Shown in pieces: positions 19,852 through 30,313 of a DNA stretch of 64,000 nt (positions are counted from its first letter, which is position 1; each line of letters starts with the position of its first letter). The notes under the pieces are model-generated. The model made no database searches and was not told the DNA's origin. It saw only the letters and a list, made by a program, of their open reading frames with translations. The stretch lies in the IMG/VR virus record IMGVR_UViG_3300029305_005387; one strand, written 5' to 3'. This stretch comes from a virus. Its lineage: Duplodnaviria > Caudoviricetes. Made by a program: the position numbers and the translations under genes.

Positions 19852-21573
19852 TTAAAATTCATATATTAAAAAATCCATTAGCGGTGCGAAGGCTGCAACT
19901 TCGGGTTTACAAGAGACGGAAGCCCCGGTGTTCCAGTACGAGGACGAAACCAGAAAGTTCAAGAGGCACGCGAACGCACCGCAATTAGAACCAACGTCCG
20001 AACAACCGCCGAACAGGGCAAACCTGATATCGGTGGTTCTGAACCAACCTCCGTCGCAATATTTCGTTGTTGAAGAACCATTGAGCGTGCTCATGAAGAG
20101 ACCGAAATCGTTGACTTTCATATCATTGATATATCCATAATAGTAGTCATTGTTGACTAAGTTAGAACATACAGGACTAAAGCCAAGATTGATATATCCT
20201 TCACCAGTTTCATTGTAGTCTGTAGCTGTAGATCCATCAGCAGTTCCCTTAGTCATCTTACATTTCATTACACCATTATCCAGAATCAAACCAGCAGTTC
20301 TCTTCCAGATATTACCCCAGAAATGTTCAATACCGAATACCTTAACACCGAGATTTCTCTTGGAAGATCCCCAGAATAATCCCTTATCGTTCATAGTACC
20401 AGTAGGAAGAACACCATTGCCGTCAGAACCAGTAGGCTTATCATTGTAACCGTTTTCATTACCAAGACCAAATACAGACTGTGTATCAGTGGATTTACCA
20501 ATCAATACACAAAGTAATGACAGTAACTGACGGTCAGCAAGTACGTCAATATCCCAGATATCAACGCCTTCAGGGTTGTTTGCTCTAGCTTCCTGAATCT
20601 GGACAGTACCAGTCTGAGATCTAGTAGGACTCTTACCAGAAACAGAACGAAGTTTACCGTCAGTGTCTACCCAACCATCATATGCAGCTCTGTAGAAGTA
20701 AGGCATAATATTACCATTTACATCAGTATGAGCATATGCATGATAAGAATCATCTACCTTAGTTGCTGCGAAGTAGAACTTAGGCTTACGAGGAGCAGTT
20801 ACATCTACCTTCATGTATACAGTAGGAATACCTACCATTACGTTACCTGCACAGTTTTCATCGATAGTAGCAGCTGCACCATTAACTGTCTTAGTATAAT
20901 CGAAACGATCAAGTTCAACGTTAACTGTACCATCGAAGTTAAGAATTACAGGCTTGATATTCTTCAAGAACCATACGTTTGCCCAGTCACCGGATTCAAA
21001 CTTATCAGCAGTCATATCCATGTATGCAGGCTGATATGTAGCATTCTCACCAATGTATCGTACACGATCATATGGATCAGCTTCATCAAGATCTAATTCG
21101 AAACCGAATACTGCAGAAGACTTAGCAGTCATATCCTGAGCGATATCACGAGCAACAGGATTACCACTTGCATCGAAACCAAGGAACTGATTTTCAGTAC
21201 CAATGATCTTGTTCACCTTAGCTTTGTCAGCTGCAGGCATAAGACCAGGTGCAGACTCAGTAGCTGCTCCGTATGTAGTATCCTTTGTAGGAGGTGTATA
21301 ACCCAAAGCTTCAGTTACATTTTCTTTAGTCATCTCACCAAGAATTGTTGCAGCAGATTTATTTTCTACTTTATCCAACCCAAGAGTAGATTTTGTGATG
21401 TTATGAGGGTTTGAAGCTCCAGCATGCTCAGCAATACCAGGGGCTTTCAGAGTTACTTTGGAACCATCCTGTGTCAATTCAACACCATTGGATGCTTCCA
21501 GTGTAATAGCATTTTGACCATTGATTTTGGCAGGATCACCAACGACCTTGCCAAGGTTAATCTGTTTTGCCAT
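19852..21573 (-). CDS. tail fibre / receptor-binding protein, DGR target
   Basis: Fibre motifs NPHNITKSTLGLDKVENKS and DTTYGAAT..GLMPAADK; FGIEHFWGNIW-type C-terminal lectin-like domain that contains the VR. Confidence 0.85.
   Translation of the reverse strand: MAKQINLGKVVGDPAKINGQNAITLEASNGVELTQDGSKVTLKAPGIAEHAGASNPHNITKSTLGLDKVENKSAATILGEMTKENVTEALGYTPPTKDTTYGAATESAPGLMPAADKAKVNKIIGTENQFLGFDASGNPVARDIAQDMTAKSSAVFGFELDLDEADPYDRVRYIGENATYQPAYMDMTADKFESGDWANVWFLKNIKPVILNFDGTVNVELDRFDYTKTVNGAAATIDENCAGNVMVGIPTVYMKVDVTAPRKPKFYFAATKVDDSYHAYAHTDVNGNIMPYFYRAAYDGWVDTDGKLRSVSGKSPTRSQTGTVQIQEARANNPEGVDIWDIDVLADRQLLSLLCVLIGKSTDTQSVFGLGNENGYNDKPTGSDGNGVLPTGTMNDKGLFWGSSKRNLGVKVFGIEHFWGNIWKRTAGLILDNGVMKCKMTKGTADGSTATDYNETGEGYINLGFSPVCSNLVNNDYYYGYINDMKVNDFGLFMSTLNGSSTTKYCDGGWFRTTDIRFALFGGCSDVGSNCGAFACLLNFLVSSSYWNTGASVSCKPEVAAFAPLMDFLIYEF
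19912..20025 (-). repeat. DGR variable repeat (VR)
   Basis: 114-nt match to TR 28912-29025 with 13 mismatches, all opposite TR adenines. Confidence 0.97.
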
Positions 21574-21638
21574 TATTGATTATCTCCTTTCAAATTTTAT
21601 TTTGTAATTTTAATTAATCCCAAAATACAGGAATTAAT

Positions 21639-22013
21639 TTACACTGTTGCAATGAGATAGCCATTTTCATCAATATTGAATGAATATCTCGCTACAGCAT
21701 TATCATCTGTAGTTTCATTCGAATTAAGAATTAAATAACCATCCTCATTGATAGATAGATCTACTTCTGCTTCATCAGGAACATTGATAACGAGATATCC
21801 GCTTGAAGTATCAATATCAAACGCATAATTAACCGTTACATCTAATGCATTAATTTTTGCATTTAATGTTCTCATGTCTGATTCATAGGTAGTTCTACGA
21901 ACATAGTTGTCCTCAACTATCTGGAACACTGCTTGTAGGAGCACATCTAGTCCAGCCTCGTCAAGAACATACATTTTTTCAACTCCTGTGCTCATAATTT
22001 GTTTAACCTCCAT
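21639..22013 (-). CDS. hypothetical (tail-associated?) protein
   Basis: 124 aa with repeated FxIDExGYL motif, directly upstream of the fibre gene. Confidence 0.6.
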   Translation of the reverse strand: MEVKQIMSTGVEKMYVLDEAGLDVLLQAVFQIVEDNYVRRTTYESDMRTLNAKINALDVTVNYAFDIDTSSGYLVINVPDEAEVDLSINEDGYLILNSNETTDDNAVARYSFNIDENGYLIATV

Positions 22014-22093
22014 TTCTTCATAAATTTATAAGGTTGTGATCTGAATACAGGTTCTTAAGGTAAACCCAAAACAATGAAAGTAGGTGTAAAGAT

Positions 22094-25000
22094 ATGAATG
22101 AAGTTTTATTCAATAATCTCGATTACGGAGCATATCAACTCGAGTATGATGATAATTATTATCTTAGCGAGAATATTAAATTTAATATTGCTGAATTTAA
22201 TAAACTCTATACTCGAAAGATACGTCTCCCTGAGGGAAATTCAAACATCATCTATCTCTTATCAAATACGTTCAACGGAGCATTGAATATGTTGAACAAC
22301 ATTATTGTTCCTCCATCTTATAGGAAGTTATATTATCCTCAATATTCCGTTGGAACATTCATGAAGAAGAGATATAGATTAAATGTCACTGATAAAAAGA
22401 CTCGTGATGATTTAATTAAACAGAAAACAAAGTTATCACCATATCAAACAAAGGTACTACCAAATACGCAGAATAACGTTATATTTTCCTGCGACCAGTT
22501 ATACGCAGTAATGAAACCAATTGTAGACTCATTAACTATTCAGCGTTGTTATACTGAATTCTTTCCTGAATTTATTTCTATTTTAGACAAATTATCACCT
22601 TCCAAACCTGCTAATACCAAACCTGATAGTGGTAATAGAATTATCATTATCGATGCAGATACATTTGCATTCAAACAAGGTGCTGGTTTAGAAGAGAATA
22701 AAGCCAATCCATTATATCTACTATATTTATCTTTTTTACGAAATAAGAAAGTAAATAAAAGTGCAGTAGATATTGACATGATGATTTGCTCTAAAAATTT
22801 ATTTTTGAAATTTAATCCTTCAAAAATTACTATGGATCAATGGAATCTCTTCAGAAGAGCTTTATTCAGAATCATGAATGCTAATTTGGATGATTACACA
22901 GATAATCTTACTCCAGAAGAAAAGAATGAACTCAATGAAACTGGAAAAGAAAAAGTTTTATCCAATATCGTAAAAGATACTGTGGAACCATATGTACAGA
23001 ATGTTTCAGGTTCAACTAAAGAAGTTCTTCAACATGCAGTTCAAAAGAAAGTGAAAAAAGAAGCAGCTAAGAAAGCTGCAATGGATGCAGAGATTAAAAA
23101 GGCTATCGGAAATACGAACATTGAAAAACCTGACATTTTCCGTCAAACTATTGAAAATCCTAATTCTGTTTTACATTCCAATCCAGTAGTTTCTCCATTA
23201 TCAAATAAACAGAATAATTTATTCCAATCATTGGCAGGTAGTTACCAATCTCTTACTACTGATACAGGTATGGAAGTCGATGATGAAGACAATTACGATT
23301 ATGATCGTCCTGAAGATACAGAAGAGAATTTAGAAGAGTTTGAAGATGATATCACTGCAGATGCTCAAGAAATTCTGGTAGATGATGAAGAAGTTGCACA
23401 AGAAGTTCTAGATGAAATTCAAAATAATGTAGCTCCTCTTGATAATAAACGCACATCTCCAATCAATAGTGCAAGGGATAAAAAATTAAGAGAAGAGCAA
23501 AAGAAAGTAGTTGTTGGTAAAGAAACAATTGAAGAAATTCTATCAAGAGATGCTTCAAATGTTCCGATTCAGGCTACTGATAAATCTAAAGTAATGAAGA
23601 CGTCAAATAAAAATATGACTCAAATCAAATTTACAAATTTTGACAAAACTTACATCGATGAATTATACATGAAGGATATCGTTGCATGTTTCGATATGTT
23701 AAAGGATAAAGAAACTCCTTTCTATGTAACAGGTATAGATATAAAAGACACTTCTACTACTTTAGATTTTAAAGAAACATGGACAGTTCATTTGAAAGAT
23801 GAAACTGGTAAACGTCATACTGTCAAAGTAGATATTCCTAAATTTCAGAATGATCGTTTCATGCTTATCAATGGTACACGTTTCATTATTCTTAAGCAGA
23901 ACTTCTATAATCCTCTAGTTAAGGATACTCCTGATACAGTTATCCTTACTACTAATTTCAACAAGATTACTATTTGTCGTAAGGCAACTAAATCGTTGAA
24001 TTCTGTTGAACGAATTTTCTCTCTTGTAAAGAAAAGTGGAGATAATAAATTATTCATGCCTGGCGATTCCAGTAAACCGAACATGAAGTATTTATCTTCA
24101 TTAGAGTATGATGAGTTATCAAGAAGAATTTTCCGTTTCAAAACAGATACATGTGAAATTTGTTTCTCTAGAGATTATATCAAAGATAATATGAGTGACA
24201 GCATTCCGACAAATATGAAGGGTAACGAATTCTTTATTGGTATTGAAGGAAATGAACCAATTCTTATCAATGAGGATACTGGCTTAGATAGACATAATCG
24301 TACTATTATTGAAATCATCGAGCAGCACCTTCCTCCTTCTTATAAAGAAACCTATCATTCTATTAAAGGACCTACACAATCAATGTATGTTGAAGCAAAA
24401 CTTGCTGGACAGTTTATCCCTATTATTACAACACTGATTGTATGGAATGGATTGCGTAGAACTCTAGACAGAATGAATATCACTTGGAAATTCGATGATA
24501 AAGCAAAACGAGTTCCTCAATCAACAGCGACAACAAAATACATCAGATTCGCTGATGGTGTACTTGAATATGAATCTCAAACATTTGCTCAATTGATTTT
24601 AAATGGTATTTCAAAGATGCATCCAGAACAATATCGTTTTGAAGACTTTGATTCTGAAATTGGATATGATGAATATGTCTACTCACAATGGGGATCATAT
24701 AACGGAATTACTGAAATCAAACGATTCAATGAATTCCTTGTTGATCCAATTACGAAGCAAGTGTGTAAAGATTTAATGTTACCTGACGATCCTTCTGGTT
24801 TAATGATTCATGCAGTAAAATTATTATGCGACAATGCTTTCGTGTCTAAAGCATCTGATAAATCATATCGTGTAAGATCAGTTGAAATGATCCCATCTAT
24901 TTTATATAGCTGCTTAGCAGATCAATATAAAATTCATGTGAAATCAGGTCGACGAATTCCAATGACATTGAATCAACGTTGTGTTATTACTAAACTTATG

Positions 25001-26530
25001 GCTGAAAAGACTGTAGAACCATATTCAGTTTTGAATCCGGTTGTTGAAGTAAGTAAAACACATACTGTTTCTACAAAAGGTTACAAAGGATCGAACTCTG
25101 ATCACTCTTATGATGAAGAGAAACGTTCATATGATCCAAGTGCAGTTGGTAAGCTCGCAATTTCTACGAGCCCCGACGGCAATGTGGGTATAAATAAAGT
25201 ACTTGTTACAGAACCTACAATTGCTAATGCTAGGGGCTACAGAGAACCAGTAGAAGATATTAATGAATTGAAAGATGTAAATATCTTTTCTCCTGTAGAA
25301 TTACTAACTCCAGGTACTGCTAGAAATGACGATCCAATTAGAACTGCAATTGCAGGTAAACAATCAGGTCACATAGTACCAGTAGTTGATGCATCTCCTG
25401 CATTAATCTCAAATGGTTATGATGAGGCTGTTCAATTCCATCTTTCTGATGACTTTGTTATCAATGCTGAAGAAGATGGAGAAGTGATTGAAGTAAATGA
25501 AGAGATTGGATTCATTGTTGTAAAATATAAATCTGGTAAAACTAGAGCAATTAATACTAAACCAGAAGTTGTTAAAAACTCAGGTGCTGGTTTCTTCCTT
25601 TCTAATCAATTGAAACCTACCTATACAAAAGTAGGTGAAAAATTTAAGAAAGATGAACCTCTTGCGTATCATGATAAATATTTCCGTTATTCCAAGATGA
25701 ATGGTTTGCGATTCTCGATTGGACCTCTTGTAAAGATGGGATTCATGTCTTCTTATAACACATATGAAGATGCAGGTATCTGTACAGAATCACTTGCTGA
25801 AAGAATGAAAACTTCCATTGTATATCAAGAAGTCGGTAAGTTCAAAAAGAATAATAATATTTTATCAATGGTAAAAATTGGCGATCATGTAAACATCGGT
25901 GATACATTAATCAAATTTGATGTTTCCGTAGAAGATAATGAATTAGCAAAATATCTTTCTAAATTAAATGAAGAAAATGCTGAATTATTATCTGAAGAAT
26001 CTAAGTCAGAAATTAAGACTATGCATGCTGGTAAAATAATTGATATCAAAGTGTATTCATTATTGGCACCGGAACAGTTATCAGAGTCTTTGGGAGCTGT
26101 TGTTCAGCAATACTTTGACAAAGGTACTTCTAAGAAAGAATTCTTAGAGAAGTTTGATCAGAATGATAGTATAATGAAAGCTGGTTATCTATTAACTGAC
26201 TCTACTGAACCTGTCAAAAGTAGATATAATTCAATTAAGGGTATTAAGGGCATTGACGTGCTAATTGAAATATATATTGAACACGGTGACGTTATGGGTG
26301 TTGGTGATAAGGTTGCATTATACGGACCTAATAAACAGATCATCTCTGAAATTATTCCAAAGGGATGGGAACCTTATTCTGAATCTAGACCTGATGAAGA
26401 AATAAGTGTACTGACATCTCCTGGTACAATTGCAAGAAGAATGACTAGTAGCATTATCCCAATCTCTGCTGCAATGCGTTGCATGGTCGAGCTGAAACGT
26501 AAGATCAAAGAAGAAATCAAATTCAAATAA
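22094..26530 (+). CDS. rpoB: phage RNA polymerase beta subunit (large, probably virion-type)
   Basis: FMLING, STSPDGNVG, RTAIAGKQ, YNTYEDA, VGDKV..GPNKQII, SPGTIARRM beta-family motifs; long N-terminal extension. Confidence 0.88.
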   Translation: MNEVLFNNLDYGAYQLEYDDNYYLSENIKFNIAEFNKLYTRKIRLPEGNSNIIYLLSNTFNGALNMLNNIIVPPSYRKLYYPQYSVGTFMKKRYRLNVTDKKTRDDLIKQKTKLSPYQTKVLPNTQNNVIFSCDQLYAVMKPIVDSLTIQRCYTEFFPEFISILDKLSPSKPANTKPDSGNRIIIIDADTFAFKQGAGLEENKANPLYLLYLSFLRNKKVNKSAVDIDMMICSKNLFLKFNPSKITMDQWNLFRRALFRIMNANLDDYTDNLTPEEKNELNETGKEKVLSNIVKDTVEPYVQNVSGSTKEVLQHAVQKKVKKEAAKKAAMDAEIKKAIGNTNIEKPDIFRQTIENPNSVLHSNPVVSPLSNKQNNLFQSLAGSYQSLTTDTGMEVDDEDNYDYDRPEDTEENLEEFEDDITADAQEILVDDEEVAQEVLDEIQNNVAPLDNKRTSPINSARDKKLREEQKKVVVGKETIEEILSRDASNVPIQATDKSKVMKTSNKNMTQIKFTNFDKTYIDELYMKDIVACFDMLKDKETPFYVTGIDIKDTSTTLDFKETWTVHLKDETGKRHTVKVDIPKFQNDRFMLINGTRFIILKQNFYNPLVKDTPDTVILTTNFNKITICRKATKSLNSVERIFSLVKKSGDNKLFMPGDSSKPNMKYLSSLEYDELSRRIFRFKTDTCEICFSRDYIKDNMSDSIPTNMKGNEFFIGIEGNEPILINEDTGLDRHNRTIIEIIEQHLPPSYKETYHSIKGPTQSMYVEAKLAGQFIPIITTLIVWNGLRRTLDRMNITWKFDDKAKRVPQSTATTKYIRFADGVLEYESQTFAQLILNGISKMHPEQYRFEDFDSEIGYDEYVYSQWGSYNGITEIKRFNEFLVDPITKQVCKDLMLPDDPSGLMIHAVKLLCDNAFVSKASDKSYRVRSVEMIPSILYSCLADQYKIHVKSGRRIPMTLNQRCVITKLMAEKTVEPYSVLNPVVEVSKTHTVSTKGYKGSNSDHSYDEEKRSYDPSAVGKLAISTSPDGNVGINKVLVTEPTIANARGYREPVEDINELKDVNIFSPVELLTPGTARNDDPIRTAIAGKQSGHIVPVVDASPALISNGYDEAVQFHLSDDFVINAEEDGEVIEVNEEIGFIVVKYKSGKTRAINTKPEVVKNSGAGFFLSNQLKPTYTKVGEKFKKDEPLAYHDKYFRYSKMNGLRFSIGPLVKMGFMSSYNTYEDAGICTESLAERMKTSIVYQEVGKFKKNNNILSMVKIGDHVNIGDTLIKFDVSVEDNELAKYLSKLNEENAELLSEESKSEIKTMHAGKIIDIKVYSLLAPEQLSESLGAVVQQYFDKGTSKKEFLEKFDQNDSIMKAGYLLTDSTEPVKSRYNSIKGIKGIDVLIEIYIEHGDVMGVGDKVALYGPNKQIISEIIPKGWEPYSESRPDEEISVLTSPGTIARRMTSSIIPISAAMRCMVELKRKIKEEIKFK

Positions 26531-26562
26531 AAAATAAATAGAGAGGACCAAAACGGTCCTCT

Positions 26563-28521
26563 CTATTTGTTAATCATAATTACATACTCTTTGTTACCAC
26601 TGAAATGTGATTTGTTTACAATTTCATCTACTATATACTCCTTATACTTTACAGTATTATCTACTATAAATACATATCGTTCACATTTAAATCTAGATAG
26701 ACATTCGTCTATCCAATCATCACATGATAGGTCTTTTAGTTCAACATCATCCCAATTCTCTTTCATGTTATACGGAGAGCAGGTAAATAAACATTCATAT
26801 TCTCCAGTGGATTCAAATATATCTTGTTGTATTATAGATGCTTCAAATTGAATATCATATTTCTTTAAGAATTCAATCATTAAGTTCGACTCATTAACAT
26901 GAATCTGACTAATGTCTTGTCCTATATATCTTTTACCTAATGATATTGCTCCTAACATACGTCCTGAGAATCCACTGAATGGATCGAATATTTCATTATA
27001 TTGTGATAAATATTTATAAATAATCATCTTTGCTCTACCTGCACTGAATACGGATACTTTCGGTGCTATTTTGGATACATTAAATCCTTGGAGTATTTTA
27101 TTTGGATTTAAATGAGATTGATAAATGATTCTGTTCTTGATACATTCTTTCAACAGCTCGTCATCCATCCATGCATCATACGGTGAAAGTTCTCCATCTC
27201 TGTGAGCTCTGTAAATAGATGGATGAAAATGTTGTATAAGTCTATCTCCAATACGTGTATTCAATGATAATGAATTATGATATTTATCATTACAATCCAT
27301 TCTATATAATTTATCATATGAACGTAATAATTCTTTATCACTAAATCTCAACTCAGGAAATGGGATAGATCTAAAATGTTTGAATAAATATTCTACGTAT
27401 TCGTCGTAATTAATCATTAATAATTCTATAAGTTCTTTAAAGCATCTACCGATGTTCCCTTCCTGAATTATAAAATGAATTATGTCAGAATCCTCTGGTA
27501 TTGACTGACTTCTCTTTTCATCATATTCTTCTTTACTATGAATTCCATCATAATCACATGAGTCTGCGTGGAAGTAAGATCCATCTAAATCAACTACAGC
27601 TACTAATTCATGACTGAGATTATATATTCCGTAATCCCATGAATGTGCAGATTTATTTGTAAATAATACAATTTCAGGTTTCAAATAAAATTCATTAATC
27701 AAATGAGAATTACTAAACATTTCTTCAAATTTTTGGTGTAATAAATTATTTTTACCTGAAGATGATAAACGTTTTTTAATTAATGTAGCCTTTTGTTCAT
27801 TTGTGAGATTATCGTATAATACTTGTTTCTCCATCGCATATAATATTTTTTGATCGTGAGTTAAATCATGATACCATTTATGAGTTCTTTTATATAATTC
27901 TTTTTTCTCTTCTTCACTCAAGTTTTGATGCCACTGAGACATGGCTTTGGATCGTTCAAGTTTCTCTTCCATAGAAAGAGTTGCATTATATTCTTTCATT
28001 CGTTGAGATAATTCTTGTCTTTTAATAGCTTTTTCTTCTTCAGATAAATTAATCCACCATTTTCTTCCAATGACAGATTTCTCCTCATCTGTTAGTGAAT
28101 CACGTTTATCTTTCAAAGCTTTAATCATTGGAGTAACTCGTTTCATTTTATCTTTATCAGAAACTTTTCTCCAATGACGTTTTAATCCTTTAGAATTCTT
28201 TTTATTAATATTATTCCATTCTTCTTTAGATCTTTTGGATAGTTGATCTTTAGTTCTTTGAGCATATTTCTCTTTATCTTGATCCGATAGATTCTGATAA
28301 TGATCTATATGCTTCTGTCTAAACTTTTCCTGATCTTCTTTAGATAAATTAGAAAACCAATTTTTCTTTGCTAATTTTGTATGTTCTTTCATACATGATT
28401 GACATAAATTAGGAATATTACGTTTAGTACGTATTCTTTGATTGTCTTTAGAAATTTGATACTGGCCTTTACATCTGTCACATATTAAATCTATCATAAC
28501 TTTTTCTACCATATTATTCAC
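26563..28521 (-). CDS. Zn-finger/helical-repeat + Vsr/DUF559-like nuclease + DNA methyltransferase-like fusion protein
   Basis: CDRC..CQSC, LSEEEK-type repeats, SWDYGI..VDLDGSYFH, then FDPFSGFSGR (motif I) and FTCSPY (degenerate motif IV). Confidence 0.7.
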   Translation of the reverse strand: MNNMVEKVMIDLICDRCKGQYQISKDNQRIRTKRNIPNLCQSCMKEHTKLAKKNWFSNLSKEDQEKFRQKHIDHYQNLSDQDKEKYAQRTKDQLSKRSKEEWNNINKKNSKGLKRHWRKVSDKDKMKRVTPMIKALKDKRDSLTDEEKSVIGRKWWINLSEEEKAIKRQELSQRMKEYNATLSMEEKLERSKAMSQWHQNLSEEEKKELYKRTHKWYHDLTHDQKILYAMEKQVLYDNLTNEQKATLIKKRLSSSGKNNLLHQKFEEMFSNSHLINEFYLKPEIVLFTNKSAHSWDYGIYNLSHELVAVVDLDGSYFHADSCDYDGIHSKEEYDEKRSQSIPEDSDIIHFIIQEGNIGRCFKELIELLMINYDEYVEYLFKHFRSIPFPELRFSDKELLRSYDKLYRMDCNDKYHNSLSLNTRIGDRLIQHFHPSIYRAHRDGELSPYDAWMDDELLKECIKNRIIYQSHLNPNKILQGFNVSKIAPKVSVFSAGRAKMIIYKYLSQYNEIFDPFSGFSGRMLGAISLGKRYIGQDISQIHVNESNLMIEFLKKYDIQFEASIIQQDIFESTGEYECLFTCSPYNMKENWDDVELKDLSCDDWIDECLSRFKCERYVFIVDNTVKYKEYIVDEIVNKSHFSGNKEYVIMINK

Positions 28522-28780
28522 CTAATGCTTTCTTGAGTGCTTCCGTAGTATCTTTAATCTTATCTGCATTCATTAACATGTGAACTATATTCGCTACTTC
28601 AGCATCAATTTTCTTTTTACATTCTTCTGAATCACAAGCGTTTGTATAATTCTTTCCTGTCATTATATCATTTGGAATTGCAAATTTATTATTACAAAAT
28701 CTACATGATTTAATAGTAACATTCTCCGGAATTTCTTTTCCTTCTTCTAATATGTACATATGTGGAATTAACATATTCAA
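28514..28780 (-). CDS. small Zn-ribbon protein (paralog of 31767..31985)
   Basis: CxxC...CxxxxC, C-terminus LKKALGE. Confidence 0.65.
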   Translation of the reverse strand: MNMLIPHMYILEEGKEIPENVTIKSCRFCNNKFAIPNDIMTGKNYTNACDSEECKKKIDAEVANIVHMLMNADKIKDTTEALKKALGE

Positions 28781-28911
28781 TCACCTCTTTCTTCTATAGA
28801 ATATATCATAATTATTTATTTAAAAGAGAGACGGAAAATATTAAATAATTTTAATCGAACGCACCAACTCAATATTTATTGGGGTTTCCCAATAGGGATT
28901 TGTGGTACGAG

Positions 28912-29025
28912 AGGTTTGCCCTGTTCGGCGGTAATTCGAACAATGGTTCTAATTGCGGTGCGTTCGCGTGCAACTTGAACAATCTGGTTTCGAACTCGAA
29001 CTGGAACAACGGGGCTTCCGTCTCT
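28912..29025 (+). repeat. DGR template repeat (TR)
   Basis: Non-coding, 11 AAY triplets in the VR frame, 185 nt upstream of the RT. Confidence 0.97.
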
Positions 29026-29210
29026 CTTTTATCCGTAAAATCGGGGATTTAAAATTTTTAATGTATCGCCTATTCCTGACCTCATGGTCGAAATTTGCCC
29101 CAGCTTCGTCAATTCGTTAGTAGCCCGTCGAAAGCGAATGAAGGGGATAAAAGAAGGGTTAAAAATAACGGGCTATATTTGTATTTAAGGAATCGAGGTT
29201 ACTTTGTAAC

Positions 29211-30311
29211 ATGAAATCATATGGTTATCTCTGGGAGAAATTCATTTCTAAAGACAATATAAGATTATGTATAAAGCGTGCTGCCATTGGTAAAAAGAAA
29301 CGAAAATCAGTTAAACGTGTCATGGAGAATATCGACAAGTTCGTCGATATAATCCATGATTACGCACTGAATTTCAAAAATTGTTCACATGAAGAAATTA
29401 AAATATTAGATGGTAATTCTGGTAAAGAAAGGCTTATAATAGTTCCTAGATTTAAGGAACACGTAATACATCATATGGTCGTTGAAGTAATGACCGAAAT
29501 ATTCACGAAGGGTATGTATAAGCACACATACTCTTCGATTCCTGGACGAGGCTTACATAAAGCCATGAAAAAGATGAAAGCATGGATCAAGAAAGATCCA
29601 AAGAATGTGAAATACTGTTTAAAATTAGACATCAAAAAATTCTTTAATTCAATTAATCATGATATACTCAAAGAAAAACTTCATAAAACTATACGAGATA
29701 AACGATTTTTAAAAGTTGTAGATGAAATTATAGATGCTTCCGATAATGGAATACCTTTAGGATTTTATACGTCACATTGGTTTGCAAATTGGTTATTACA
29801 ACCATTAGATCACTTCATTAAAGAAGTTTTAAAAGTAAAATATTATGTAAGATACATGGATGATATGGTCTTGTTTGGATCCAATAAGAAGAAACTTCAT
29901 AAAGCTAAAGAAGCAATTGAAAACTTTTTACGAGATAAACTCAAACTTAAATTGAAAGAAAATTGGCAATTATTTAGATTTGATTATATTAAGAATGGTA
30001 AACATAAGGGTAGAGCCCTTGATTTCGTTGGATTTAAATTCTATAGAGATAAAATCACTTTACGTAAAAATATAATGTTAAGATTAACACGAAAAGCTAA
30101 GAAGATAGAAAAGAAAGGTAAGTTCACAATTCATGATGCAAGACAACTAATGGCTTGGTTAGGATGGATAGATTGGACTGACACTTACAACGTATATAAG
30201 AAATACATAGCTCCTTATATAAACTTCAAGAAATGTAGGAAGCGTATTTCACAATATGATAAGAAGCACTCAGAAATGCTCAAAATTCTAGAATTAAAGG
30301 AGGCAGCATAA
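29211..30311 (+). CDS. DGR reverse transcriptase
   Basis: KERLI, PGRG, LKLDIKKFF, GIPLGFYTSHWFAN, YVRYMDD, DFVGF; adjacent TR. Confidence 0.95.
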   Translation: MKSYGYLWEKFISKDNIRLCIKRAAIGKKKRKSVKRVMENIDKFVDIIHDYALNFKNCSHEEIKILDGNSGKERLIIVPRFKEHVIHHMVVEVMTEIFTKGMYKHTYSSIPGRGLHKAMKKMKAWIKKDPKNVKYCLKLDIKKFFNSINHDILKEKLHKTIRDKRFLKVVDEIIDASDNGIPLGFYTSHWFANWLLQPLDHFIKEVLKVKYYVRYMDDMVLFGSNKKKLHKAKEAIENFLRDKLKLKLKENWQLFRFDYIKNGKHKGRALDFVGFKFYRDKITLRKNIMLRLTRKAKKIEKKGKFTIHDARQLMAWLGWIDWTDTYNVYKKYIAPYINFKKCRKRISQYDKKHSEMLKILELKEAA

Positions 30312-30313
30312 CT

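Noticed and set aside
19880-19911. Canonical GC-rich DGR hairpin downstream of the VR/IMH
   Set aside because: Only a weak 5-bp stem (CGAAG..CTTCG) is visible, which is not enough to call
14784-22093. AR9-type late promoters (AACA-N6-TA/G)
   Set aside because: Only isolated partial matches upstream of putative late genes; not distinguishable from chance by eye
29211-30311. Group II intron or retron RT
   Set aside because: No maturase/endonuclease extension, domain V or retron VTG motif; an adenine-specific TR/VR pair identifies it as a DGR
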